From assembly GCA_002269645.1 (NCBI GenBank), contig NIVC01004270.1:1-52259 (forward strand): 52,259 bases of DNA. Direction: 5' to 3'. The notes under the pieces are model-generated. The model ran no database searches. It saw only the letters and a list, made by a program, of their open reading frames with translations, and was not told the DNA's origin. This DNA comes from Macrostomum lignano (taxonomy: Eukaryota). A program made the position numbers and the translations under genes. Shown here in pieces: positions 1 to 11,794 of this stretch (positions are counted from its first letter, which is position 1; every line of letters begins with the position of its first letter).

Positions 1-1
1 A

Positions 2-532
2 ATCCGGACTGAATCCGACCGATCAGGTGCGGGACCAGACCTCAGCAGAAAGTCGGGCGGATCGTCTGTGTGTGGCGCCGCCGCCAACGCAGCCGCAGCA
101 GCAGCCGCCACCGCCACCAGCAAAGCCGAAGCCTCAACCGCCGGCCTCCGCTGCAGGAGTGGCGCTTCGCGTCCTCTACTGAACGGCAGCCCGCCGCTGC
201 CGCTGTCGCCGCGAAGCAGAGCAGTCGGCTCGGCGGAGTCGTTTAAAACAAAAGCCGAAGAGTTAGACTGGCTATTCTCAAGCAGAAACAGCTGCAGCAG
301 CAGAAGCAGCAACAGTCGCCGGCACCACCAGAAAATTTTCGCGACGACACAGCGGCCTCCACGCACCAGCAGCCTCGCAGGGGCTTCTTCATCGGGTCGA
401 ATTCATCTGCGAAGTTGTAAAGCGCCGTTTAATTTTCGTTTTAAATTTGCTTTTTTCAAAAAACACTGCTGTTTTTATCATGGAAATGCAAACCTACGTC
501 GGTTTTTTGTATTTGTCCTCCTCTGCTTTTAG
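2..532 (+). CDS. Possible 3' coding exon of a gene entering from the left (low-complexity Ala/Ser/Arg-rich); unassigned
   Basis: Frame 2 is open from base 2 to a stop at 530-532; GC-rich to about 420, then AT-rich. No recognisable domain; could be UTR. Confidence 0.25.
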   Translation: MRTESDRSGAGPDLSRKSGGSSVCGAAANAAAAAAATATSKAEASTAGLRCRSGASRPLLNGSPPLPLSPRSRAVGSAESFKTKAEELDWLFSSRNSCSSRSSNSRRHHQKIFATTQRPPRTSSLAGASSSGRIHLRSCKAPFNFRFKFAFFKKHCCFYHGNANLRRFFVFVLLCF

Positions 533-2807
533 CCGGCTCAATTTTTTATTTGATTGGCGTTGCTTTATTTGCTTATTTATATACGTCGTATTTAAATATT
601 TCGCTTCGCTAAGTAGCTCTTTTGTTTCATTGCCAATTGTTTATTGTCTGGCCTCGCCCGGCGCTAACTGTTAACGAAATATTTCAACTCGTTTAAAAAT
701 CTTTTCCGGGTTTCATACAATTGTGTACTTTTCCTTCGAGATTGTTTTGTTAATTTACATTGCAACTTTTCGACTTTTCTTTCAAACAAGGATTTGGCTA
801 GAGCAGTGCTATATGCAGGTGAAGGAAATTTCAGTTAATCGCTTTCATTGAGCATTGTTGAAATAAGTTTATAGGTGATTTTAAATGCTTTATTCTCATT
901 TTGTTACCTTTTATGCTCGTAGCTAAAAGGAGCCAAGGTCACTCAATGATGCCTTTTGAATATCTAAATTAAAATTTCAGCTATTTATGTAGCAATTTCT
1001 CTTTAAGAACTCTTTCACACCGCTGAATTGCTGTGCCCAATTTTAATTCGACTTCATTCCAATTCCAAAAACAGATATTAAAGCGCCCCGCCAAACTTAG
1101 TTGTTTAGTTGTTTACTAAGCAACTCTCAGTGCCACCCACAAAAATATTTACTCAAAATCGGGATATTTTATCTATGCCTGCAGTTAATGCCTTAATTCA
1201 GCAATAAAGAGCTGAATTTGTTATGTTAAATTAAAGTTGATATTTTTATCCAAAATTATTTTGTGATTAACTCTTCAAACGCAAACATTCCCAGCTATAC
1301 TCTTCCGTACAGTTTAAAACTTAAATTTATTTTTAGTTTTGTTTTTTAACTACCCTCTCTCAGAATTATTTGCGACTGTGATACAGATTCTTTGATTAAC
1401 TTTTTTGCTTAAATAGAAATTAGTAATTACTTCGTTACTGGATTACTAAAGCCGGAAGATTTCACGCTTGAGCATATCGACAGTTTGTTCTCTGAAAGCT
1501 ATATGTTGTGTATTTTTTCTAACAGGCGTTAACTTTTCAGAAAGATTCAGATTCAAGCGTGAGTGTAAGCTCATTTTTTTCAGACAATTCAAATTTAAAC
1601 AAACTTTGTGTAATATATAAAATCTGCATCAACTTGTAAAATCCTGAAACGACTCCGTATTAAAACTGTAATTAATGTTTTTGGCTGATAATGAAAATAC
1701 AACTATTTTATATTATGTATGCCTATTACTCGTAAAATAGCAGTCTGCACACACTGTAATCTGCACTCCTACAAACTGATTTTGTCGATCTGCTTGATTT
1801 GAAAACAGGTTTTTTATGAAAAATAACTCGATAACAATTGCGACATTGTATTTTTTTGACGCGATCATAACATCTCTACGCTTCATATACAACCAACGAT
1901 ATGGCTGTGAGTAGTAGCTAATGCTTAGTGTATTTTTTCAGATTGTCTGATTGCGCGCGTTATAATATATAGTGTTTCAAAATATGTGATATTACATATT
2001 ATCTGCATGCGGTACATTGCCTACAGCTAGTAGTTACTAGCACTTGCGCACATAACCTCGTATTATTTGTTAGTTTGCAGTGCATATGCAGTGCATCAAT
2101 TATATAGGTAATTTCTAGCTCTGCTCATCCATGGCAAGGAATGCTTTCATTTCGCTTGAAAATACAAACAATAAAACTTTTCATGTCGCTTTATATATAC
2201 ATGTGCATGTGCATGTATTACGCTTTTGTGTGTGATCATGTCACCCTTCCTGTTGTAGTTGTTACTGTAGCTGCTTTAACAAGTTTGAAATGAACTTGCG
2301 TTTTCAACACTGAATTATGCGGGCGTGTACAAATTTGTATGTTTAGACATCTGCAGCTCGATCAGAGTCCAGACAGATATCTACATGTATAATAATGGCA
2401 GAAGTTACATGTAGAGCATGAAAGCTCTTAGCTATCGTGCATGTGATATCCTGGAAGATTATGCGCGACCTTTGGTTAATAATTTACATTCACATTATCC
2501 AAACTGCAAGGACAAGGTGGCTTAGACATAAAGATGTCTTGGTGTTTCTAGACATCATAAAATTTATTTGATGAGGTGCTGTAGGATTTGTGACTTACGG
2601 GCCAAATAATCGTCAGTGTTTTTAAATATTGGCCTCAAAATATATGTATATACATAATTGGTCTTCAAGTGGGTGGGATCAGTACAAGGACGATTGAAGT
2701 AATCTGGGCCTTTTGAATCCCAAAGTAAGGCGAAGTGAGTGGAATTAAGACATACGTTGCGTTTTTTCGTTCGTCTCAGTCATACCGCGAGTCCTTGTCG
2801 GTTCCAG

Positions 2808-3098
2808 TAATAATAATAAAATTTGATTACACACCCAGCTGCCTCAATAGGCAGATGTGCAACCGACAGCTCAGCCGCAGCTATTGCGCGGCGCATCTGA
2901 AGGCTGCGTACGGCTGTTCAGTCCAAGGACTGGAAGGTCGCCTCGCTAATGCTGGCACCCATTTTACAGCTGGGTGAACTGAAGCAATTCAGAGCTAAGC
3001 GTCTTGCTCAAGGATACAAATTGCTCGTAGTGAGTCGAGAATCGAACCCTCGACCTTTCAGTCGTGAGTCCGAGGCTCTAATCACAAGGCTACAACCC
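2808..3098 (-). mobile_element. tRNA-derived SINE with CORE-like central domain
   Basis: Minus strand: tRNA-like head at about 3098-3027 (A-box-like TAGCCTTGTGATTAG, B-box GGTTCGATTC), then TCCTTGAGCAAGACGCTTAG...CACCCAGCTGTAAAATGGG resembling the CORE/MIR-type domain, ending in a (TTA)n tail near 2808-2820. Confidence 0.7.
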
Positions 3099-3558
3099 AT
3101 TTTTTCAGGGAAGCCTTGGAATGCAGTCGATGTTGCTTTGTCAAACCGCTCGGAGGCACGAGGAGAATCATATGGGCAAAGTCATCTTCTTATCGCATAC
3201 AAACTTACTCGAGTTTTACTAGTCACAGTTGGGAACTGCCTCCCAAACTATAGGGAATTTGACAGGAAGGAAGAAAGAAAAAAGAAGACAACGGAAGACT
3301 TGCTGGGATGCAACAATGGCAGGATTTTTGGTCTCTACTGGATAGAAGTTGATGCGATCGATGATGCTGCAAACGGAAAAAGCATTGTTTTTTGCTAGGA
3401 AGTTGCTTCGACCGACGCAATACACAGACACAGACGCCTAGCGAGAAGGCTTTTCTTAAACAATTCGCGCGGTAAGAAGGGAGTAACTGCATTTGAATAA
3501 AGTTATAAATAAAGCAAGATGAGACTGATGAAATTTCGATTTCGCGCTAAGTCCTGGC

Positions 3559-4308
3559 ATGACGGTTCGTACCACTACTTTGGCTGCTGTCGTCTTGGCG
3601 GTTTGCCTTGGATCTCTGCCTCCACTGCTTGCTCTGCTGTCGTGTCCTTCTCCATTCTACCTCGAGGCGGGCAAGTGCGTGTTCGTCAACACAGCGCACA
3701 GCTACACATGGTGCGAGGCCAACCGTATCTGTGCCTCAATGGGTGGTGAGTTGGTCAACTCGCACGAGTCCGTGAAGCTGGTGGTTCTTCAAAAAATTTC
3801 AAGTGTTGACCGCGAATGCCAGTTGTGGGTCGGACTGAGCGACCTGGCAGATGAGAAAGGCACTAGCAGGGCTGGCTGGCATAGAATAAATGGCAAAGGC
3901 CTGCTTCCGGTAGACCAAATTTTGTTCTATCCAGGCGAGCCAAGTGGGGACAACTGCCTACGCAGCTTAAAAGATACTCGTATAGGCCTGGCTGACGGAT
4001 CTTGCAACTCTCGCTTCGGTTTTGTCTGCGAGTTTTCTAACGAGCCGACTACATGGACATCGACTTCTGGCTTTTGGATGCGTGATAATTTCAAGCGCAT
4101 GCAGTACAACTCCGACTACTGCTTCACCAGCGTGACGGACCTGAGCAGCGCTGTGGAGTGCACAGCGGCCGCCATGCAAAATGGAAACTGCAGACACGTG
4201 CTGTACAACAGCAAGCTGAGAACCTGCCGCCTGCTGCTGTTCACCGACGCTCAGGTGGAGGCGGAGATCGAGACGAGCGCCGACTGGGTCAAGTACCGAC
4301 TCAACTGA
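3559..4308 (+). CDS. Secreted C-type lectin domain + C-terminal PAN/apple-like domain protein, copy 1 (249 aa, intronless)
   Basis: Hydrophobic signal peptide; CTLD pattern CP..F...C, W.EA...C...GGEL, LWVGLSD, GEPSG..C, D.SC...FVCE; second Cys module EC...C..VLYN...C.L; TATAAAT at 3504-3510. Confidence 0.85.
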   Translation: MTVRTTTLAAVVLAVCLGSLPPLLALLSCPSPFYLEAGKCVFVNTAHSYTWCEANRICASMGGELVNSHESVKLVVLQKISSVDRECQLWVGLSDLADEKGTSRAGWHRINGKGLLPVDQILFYPGEPSGDNCLRSLKDTRIGLADGSCNSRFGFVCEFSNEPTTWTSTSGFWMRDNFKRMQYNSDYCFTSVTDLSSAVECTAAAMQNGNCRHVLYNSKLRTCRLLLFTDAQVEAEIETSADWVKYRLN

Positions 4309-4923
4309 ATTGAAGAAACTTTTGACAGTGCAAGAAATCGATTTGGAATGGTCCTCTAACACAGAAACAATTTTTCCTGTTAAGATGAATAAAACACAAG
4401 CTCTGTGGTTCGGTCTATTCTCTGGCATTCGATCAAGCAAATTAAACGAACTGTGTTATCGTCTGAGTCATTTAACAGGGCCTGTTTGTTCTGTTGAACT
4501 GTATGACTGATGTTTCTGTTCTCATGGCCAACTGGCTGAGTTTCATGAGCCCATTGTGCTACAAAAGACATTTTAGACTTCGAGGCTTGTCAAGGTATTT
4601 TTTCTAATGATGAGGCGCCTAATTTAAGCCGAGTCTCGTGTGAAAGTTTCGCAGCAGATTTGAGTTCTTCCAAGAAGGGGAGAACTAGAAATCAAACCAG
4701 ACACAACCTCTGCAAACAATTGCCATTCATGTTTAAGGGGCTTCCAATATATGAAAAACTCCACCATGCGCATGCTAGAAGCCTCCTTTTTACCTGCCTA
4801 ATTAGCTAGTTAGGAATTTTGCCCCGGAATTCTGCGCATATAAAGCGACAGGCAAAGATGCGATTAGCGCCAGGCTTGCTCAGCCTCTCGCAGAATCGTT
4901 AAAAAATTTGGCTTGTCAAGCAA

Positions 4924-5640
4924 ATGCTCCTACTGCTCCTGTTCTACCTGTGCAGCCAGCCTGTGTTGCTATGGGCTCAACCGTGCCCAGCTCCATTCAA
5001 ACTCGAGGCAGAAAAATGCCTGTTCGTGAGCACAGCTCAGAGTCACAGCTGGTGCGAGGCCAACCGGCAGTGCGCCGCGATCAAGGGCGAGCTGGTCAAC
5101 TCGTACAGCTCGCTGCAGCTGCTGGCTAGCAACGAAATTCCGAGCGCCAACTGCAACCTGTGGATTGGAGTGAGCGACCTGCCGGATGAAAGAGGCCACA
5201 GCAGGTCCGGCTGGCAGAGGGTTAATGGCAGAGGACAGCTTCCGGAGGACAATTCCGTGTTCAAGTCGGGTGAGCCAAGCGGAGACGACTGCCTGCGACT
5301 GTCCGATACCTCCGGCCGACTTGCCGACACATCCTGCAGCTTCTCTGCCGGGTTTGTCTGCGAGTTTGCTAGCGAGACGAGCGTCCGAAAGCCGTCTGTC
5401 GCCATCTGGAGAGCCGCTGAGTTCAAGCGAGTGCAGTACAACTCCAAGTACTGCTTCAAAGACGTGACGGACGTGAGCAGCGCTATCGAGTGCACAGCGG
5501 CCGCCATGCGCAATGGAAACTGCAGACACGTGCTGTACAACAGCAAGCTGAGAGCCTGCCGCCTGCTGCTGTTCACCGACGCTCAGGTGGAGGAGGAGAT
5601 CGAGACGAGCGCCGACTGGGTCAAGTTCTGTCTCAACTAA
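4924..5640 (+). CDS. Secreted C-type lectin domain + PAN/apple-like domain protein, copy 2 (238 aa, intronless tandem paralog)
   Basis: Same architecture and Cys spacing as 3559-4308; signal peptide MLLLLLFYLC; TATAAAG at 4839-4845. Confidence 0.85.
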   Translation: MLLLLLFYLCSQPVLLWAQPCPAPFKLEAEKCLFVSTAQSHSWCEANRQCAAIKGELVNSYSSLQLLASNEIPSANCNLWIGVSDLPDERGHSRSGWQRVNGRGQLPEDNSVFKSGEPSGDDCLRLSDTSGRLADTSCSFSAGFVCEFASETSVRKPSVAIWRAAEFKRVQYNSKYCFKDVTDVSSAIECTAAAMRNGNCRHVLYNSKLRACRLLLFTDAQVEEEIETSADWVKFCLN

Positions 5641-6540
5641 CTTAGTAGAAAATTTTCGGACTATGCGAGAAAAACATTGAAATTTGCATGTAGCTCCAAC
5701 ATGAGTGTGCAGTTCCACGTTGGGGGCATGAAAGTCGCTTGTAGAGATGGGGATATTCTATGTAGGAACAGTGGAAGTAATGGGCAAGGTGACCTTACTG
5801 AAAGCTTTACAAAGAAGATAGGTAGATGAAGGTGCAAGAATGAGACCATGCGAGATGAGATCAGTTTTCGAAGTTTAGAGTAGGTAAATACAAAAGGAAG
5901 TTTTTTCTTGCAGAAGTGCTTGTCAAAATACATGTATGGACTAAAAGAACGCCCGGTAGGTAAGTCTGCCATGCCTGAAATACCAGACAATTGCTTTCAA
6001 ATTTCAAGCCTTTTTCTCTCTATTTTTATTGCTAATAATTAGTGATCAAACAAGCAACCTAGCATGAATAAAGAAATCAGCTTTTAAAACCCAGCTAAAA
6101 ATAGTACAGCGCACCAAATACACTACTTTACACGCTTCTTAAGTAGTGAACACCTCGAAACAATTACAACGTACAGCAGAATCTAAAGCAACCAGTTAAA
6201 ACGGTAGTGTCCCTACTGCTAACTAATTGTCACACTGTCATATTGCTGCCTTTCGAAACAAGAAAAATTATTAAATCCTCATTTTTTGACTGCATCAAGC
6301 AACATTTCGATTTGATTTTCAGAAACACCTCTGCATAGAAGAGACAAACTAAACCACTGAAAATGTTTTAATCCCAGCAGATTAATTCTTTTGCAAAACG
6401 AATTGAAATGCATGCTGGGGGTTGGGGTTGCAATTCTTAAAATATTCAGCGGTGCTCACCCTTTGGCTCAAAGCTTGTGTAGAAGAGTCACAGCAAATGG
6501 GCTTGATTTTTCACACTGCCTAGGACTTGACAACCAAAGC

Positions 6541-6888
6541 CCTCAGTTGCTGAGCTAGCCTCCCAGATCCTCAGTTGCTGGGCCAGCCTCCCAGATCCTC
6601 AGTTGCTGGGCCAGCCTCCCAGATCCTCAGTTGCTGGGCCAGCCTCCCAGATCCTCAGTTGCTGGGCCAGCCTCCCAGATCCTCAGTTGCTGGGCCAGCC
6701 TCCCAGATCCTCAGTTGCTGGGCTAGCCTCCCATATCCTCAGTTGCTGGGCCAGCCTCCCAGAGTGTCAGTTGCTGGGCCAGCCTCCCAGAGTGTCAGTT
6801 GCTGGGCCAGCCTCCCAGAGTGTCAGTTGCTGGGATAGCCTTCCAGATCCTCAGTTGCTGGGCCAGCTTCCCAGAGTGTCAGTTGCTG
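6541..6888. repeat. 28-bp minisatellite (CTCAGTTGCTGGGCCAGCCTCCCAGATC), about 12 units
   Basis: Direct tandem units visible; later units carry a CAGAGTGT variant. Confidence 0.95.
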
Positions 6889-6893
6889 TGTCG

Positions 6894-6965
6894 GCGGGAA
6901 AACCTCGCAGCGGCAAAACCTCGCAGCGGGAGAAACTCGCAGCGGGAAAAACTCGCGCGGGAAAT
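6894..6965. repeat. Short array of about 18-bp units with a GCGGGAAA core
   Basis: gcgggaaaacctcgca / gcggcaaaacctcgca / gcgggagaaactcgca / gcgggaaaaactcgc / gcgggaaa. Confidence 0.8.
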
Positions 6966-9900
6966 TCTCATAGACTCATCTTTTGCCTTGTTTGAGTTAG
7001 AGCGATTGGCGGAGGTGAGTTATGAGTCCTTTTCAATTTTCTGCTCCTTTGCTCAGGAACTTCTGCGATATAAATTTACCGGTAAGTTAATATCGCAGAA
7101 GTCCCTGCCTTGCTGCGCACCCGCCGGCCTAGCCCCTCGGTTGCTATGCTATTTACCATTGCCATCTTGCCTTGTCTTGTATTTAGAATTGGATGGTGGC
7201 TGTTACATGTATATTGTTATCAGGACATGTTTCCCAGCTGACCTGACCTTCTATCGTTTCATTTGTTTGAGTTATCTTTTTCGTGTAAATTCGATTGCTG
7301 TGTTGCAATTTCAGAATTATTCTGTTTTTTTTTTAGGCCAGTAATGGTATAAAGTATTTCACTTTTGAGGATAATTAAATCGCACCGAGGATTCCCGGCT
7401 CAGAATTATAGAATTAAACAACCCTAAATTGTCAATCGTGTTTTACGTAGTGATCAACCTGAACTGATGGTGCTCAAGGAGCTTAATGAGAAGAGCGAAT
7501 CGGATCTGAAATTTCCATACCATGCCGGCCATAGACATTTGACGCGGACAAGTGGGGACCCGGGCAAGAGACAGGTGGCGCTCCCAAGTGACAGGAGGCG
7601 GTTCCAAGAGATAGGAGGACAGGTCGAGGTCGAGCGCCCACCCCACCGCAAGAGAGAAGGGGTGCAGCCACCCTAGACATCATTTATACTATTGGCGCCC
7701 CTTTAGGATTGCTTCCGGCATTAATTATTACATGTACCATTACATGTTTTGCCTCATTGTTTTAAATGTCAGAATGTAATAGCGTACATGCATATTACAT
7801 GTACTAATTGTATACAGCTGGCAGCACAGAACCTCTACCATGTAAGATAAGATATATACTCTACATGTAAAGCTTTTACCAAAGCGTCAAATAGGAGTTC
7901 GAGGTTGTACATACTGGTTTTCATGCATGTAAAAAGAGCTATTCAATTCAATTAAATTCCAATATTCAAAAATGCACCATACGCAAGCTATATTATCTGG
8001 GTCTCAATATAACAGGTTTTTAAGGGCTAAAGCCCATGTCATATACTTGGCATGTAAAGTGGGCAAGTACATGTCACCTATTCGTGAATCAAATGCACAG
8101 ATACAGTAGGAGCCCGAACCCATGCAGTAGATTGTAAGTCTTGAATTTTCAATCGAAACAACTCGACTTATGTCGTCCTGGAGTCGCTCTTATAGCGACG
8201 CGCCTTCCTACCAAGGGGCGATTTATGTAGTTTCTGCTTGATATTTTTCTCAATCCCACAGTCTGTATGTGTCGCGGGAAAAAAGTTTTATTAAAAAACC
8301 GCGTAAAACTTTTGTAAAGTAAAATAAAATGATTAAAAATAATTAAATAATTAACTATTTCGCAATCTTTCTTATAATAAATTATAATTTTTTTAATTGT
8401 TTCAAACTAGAGTTATTTATTTAAAAAAGTCTCTCTCCACTGAATTGGTTCGCATCGACGCCACCTTGCACTAAGCGCGTTCTTCCACCACCTGTCATTC
8501 TTAGAAAGAAGACACTCCCCCGCGCCACACCCACCCACGCAACGACGGTAGGCCTACACCTATACAACTTCCTATCTATCTTTTGGTCTGAGACTGATAG
8601 TGATTGCGTTTACTTGCGGATGCAACTGCTACAGAATAAAACACTACGACTAAAGTGACCACGTTATCGCCAAGTTTTATTTCCTGCAGCTAAATCTCAA
8701 TAGCTAGGAAATAATAATATAGAACTAGGCCCAAGCCTACTTAAACAGCTAACTGGATCACGGTTCAAGAAAATACTGGTCATTATTACCCGCATTAGTA
8801 ATATTAATAATTATATTATTAGTATTTATAAAAGTGTTATTAATTTAGTATTTACCAAATTTTGGATAGACCAAAACTAAAAAGCAGGCAGATCAAGATC
8901 ATTTGATATTAGGCCCTATGATTAGGCTCTAGCTCGACTAGGCCTATATAAAATTAAAAACTAGGCCCTCTGTCAATTAAATTAAATGTATTTTTTCCTA
9001 TATTTTAACAATAAGCCCAATAGGGCCTACCAATTAATTCATTAATTCAAACTGGAAAAACTGCTGGTCAATGGTCAAGGTCTAGTAGGCATAGTCCAAA
9101 TAAACTTATAATTATTATTAGGGCCTACGCCCTACTATTTAGACATGTTAGTCTAACTATATATTATAGCACATGATGTCTTAATTTTATATTCATTTTG
9201 ATAACCTTAGCCTAAGGCTTAGGTTGTGAACTTGACCTTTCTAGACTAGACTTAGAAAGACTGATAACTAGGCCTTGTCTATAAAGCTAGGCCTATTTAA
9301 TATTTTAAAACTCATTAACTAGGCCATTAAGTCTAATATTTGAGTTTTGCCATAGCCAATTTTTTATGCCTATATCTATATCTGTAACTAGGCCTATAAT
9401 GACCTAAGTATAATACAAGTATTAAAATTACTTAGGCCTAACATAAGCGAACTTTCTAGAATTTAATTTGCATTCTAGGCCCCTTATGGAGAAATTTCTA
9501 GAAATAAATAAGTCATACTATATCAAACTTTCACAAAGGTCACTATATAATATAACATAGGCCTAACTATATCCTGATTTTTTTCCTATAATATATCTAT
9601 ACCTATATCCAATCAATAGGCTAGCCAATAAAATTTTTATAACTTTCCTGCTAGGCATATATTTGCAATATGCCACCTGCTAGCAACACTTGGCAAGAAT
9701 GCCATAGATAGGGCACTGGGACTTTTGCTATTGGCTATTATATGCCTAGTTGCAAGAATGCATAATGAAGTTTTGAATGGTATTATATAGATGGTGCAGA
9801 ATGTATCTATGATATTCAATGTCTAATGTCTATCAACTTGATCATTCTTTTCCCTTTTCCCTTCTTATTTCTTTTCTTTTTCTTCTCTAATCTCTCTTCT

Positions 9901-11794
9901 TTTTCCATTCTCCCTTTTCTCCTTTTCTCTCTCTTTTTTTTCCTTGTCTCCCCATATATCTGTTCTTGTAATGTTTAAGTAAAGTAAAATAATGGCCTGC
10001 TAATCAGTTGGTTCCCAGGAAGATTGGGCAGCAAAAGGCTCTTGAATTTTTGTAGTTTAACCTTCGTTGATGGTGGCAAATACTAGGCAGCTTTTTATTT
10101 GCTTAATTTAGCTTAACTTGAGTCTTTACTATCTTAACTATAATGTGTATTTGGTGTCAAACATCTCTATTGCTTGAATCCCCCACCCTAGGGACTTATG
10201 AGCTTCCTTCACATTGAAAATAAAGACATTCATCTTAACTTTAACCCCTACTAACCCAACAACAAAATGCATTTATTTTCAAACATCTATATTGCTTGAC
10301 TCTCTAAGTTATTGAGTGGCCTCAATATAAGAACTAGATATGGGAAATATTTGTTCCTATAACCATATCTGTATCTATATGTTCTATCTAAAACTTCTAT
10401 ATCCATATGCTTCCATAGCCATATTCATAACTATGAAAGAGTTTGAACTCTTCATTTTGAACTCTATTCAAAATGAAAAGAACAATAGAAACAAAAAGAG
10501 ATAGAAGATAAAAGAGGAATAAAGAAAACAACATTGGGAAATCATTGCTATTTCACATAAAATTATTGTAAAAATAGGCCCATTTTTAGAATTATTCATA
10601 TCAATATACACCATTCTATACACCAATCAAATAAATTTGTATATATAAATTAATTATAAACTTTCAATTTCATGTCCTTGTGATCTATATATTCTATTTA
10701 ATAATCAGCTTGAAATCTCTGCACTTTGGAAAATGTAAGTTATTGATTAATTGGTTGCTTTTTAAGGTTACTATCTGACATGCATTTCAGCTAGCAAAAT
10801 ATTTATAGTAGATAAAAATTGCACTTTAAATAATCTTAGTTATAAATTTACCATGCAATCACTAATGCAACTATTAAATTAAAATTAACAAATCAATTTA
10901 AACAAATTTTTTTATCATTGTTTGCTTTGCCACCTGATTATTTTCAGCTATACTGACTCAGCAATCACTATTCTATATAATATATTCCCCCTAAGTTATT
11001 GAAGTGAGTAATAATTATGTTTAGTGCCTATCTTTGGGAAGTTAGTTGTTTCCTCTGACCTGGTGCCTTGGTACAGTTAGGGTCAGGTAATTTCTCTATG
11101 AAATTAGTGTTTTTAATTAAATACTTTGTCAAATATGCATTCAAATATGGCCCAGAATTTCTAATTAGTGCAGGCATGTGAACTCTATGCCTTGGGGTTG
11201 GTCCTCAGGAGTGTAAATTGCACAGTGACCCCAAAATCGAAGAAGCCCCAATATTCCAGCAGCTCATATCTCAGAGATTACAGTTAATTTATTAAATAAT
11301 TAAGCTAAAAGTTGGTCTGAATATAACAAGTGTGTCTGTGCGTGTCTGTGTGCCCTAACACAGTACTAAATGTCTGTGCCACAACGCAGTATTAATTTCT
11401 CACGAGCTTACTTGTATTTTCGTCTGCAACATAATACCAGGCCTGAAAGGGCAACGAATCATTAAACTGCCTAATAGTTGGTTTGCGTGTGTCTACTGCA
11501 AAACATTATTTTGTTAGCAGGTTAAACACCTTGCCCAGTGTCTTACAGTAATCTGCAACAGTTTGTCTGCACTAAGTAACTCGCAGTTATTGATAGTCTG
11601 TCTGTCTGTTCCGATTATTTTGTATGAGCAGCTCAGTGCCTATGCGCAAAGTGTACTGTGTCGCATTAACTTAAATTTCGAAGTACAGTGAAGCATTTTG
11701 TCAGCTTCATTTTTAATCCAACTACAACCATAGCAGTTTTGTTGTAATTAAAATTATTGTTTACATAATGATTTTCAGGAGGAACTACAACGGT

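Noticed and set aside
3027-3098. tRNA-Val(CAC)-like sequence as a functional tRNA
   Set aside because: Acceptor stem does not pair and it continues into a SINE body and TTA tail.
4969-5718. 249-aa antisense ORF (and 3967-4440) over the lectin genes
   Set aside because: Shadow ORFs of GC-rich codon usage; no independent motifs.
7443-7683. GC-rich island with several short ORFs
   Set aside because: Faint resemblance to a MULE C-terminus (LLIKLL) but no convincing motif, termini or splice sites.
9637-10600. Possible degenerate retroelement gag remnant on the minus strand (CPIYG..KCC-like)
   Set aside because: Riddled with stops; similarity too weak to call without a database search.
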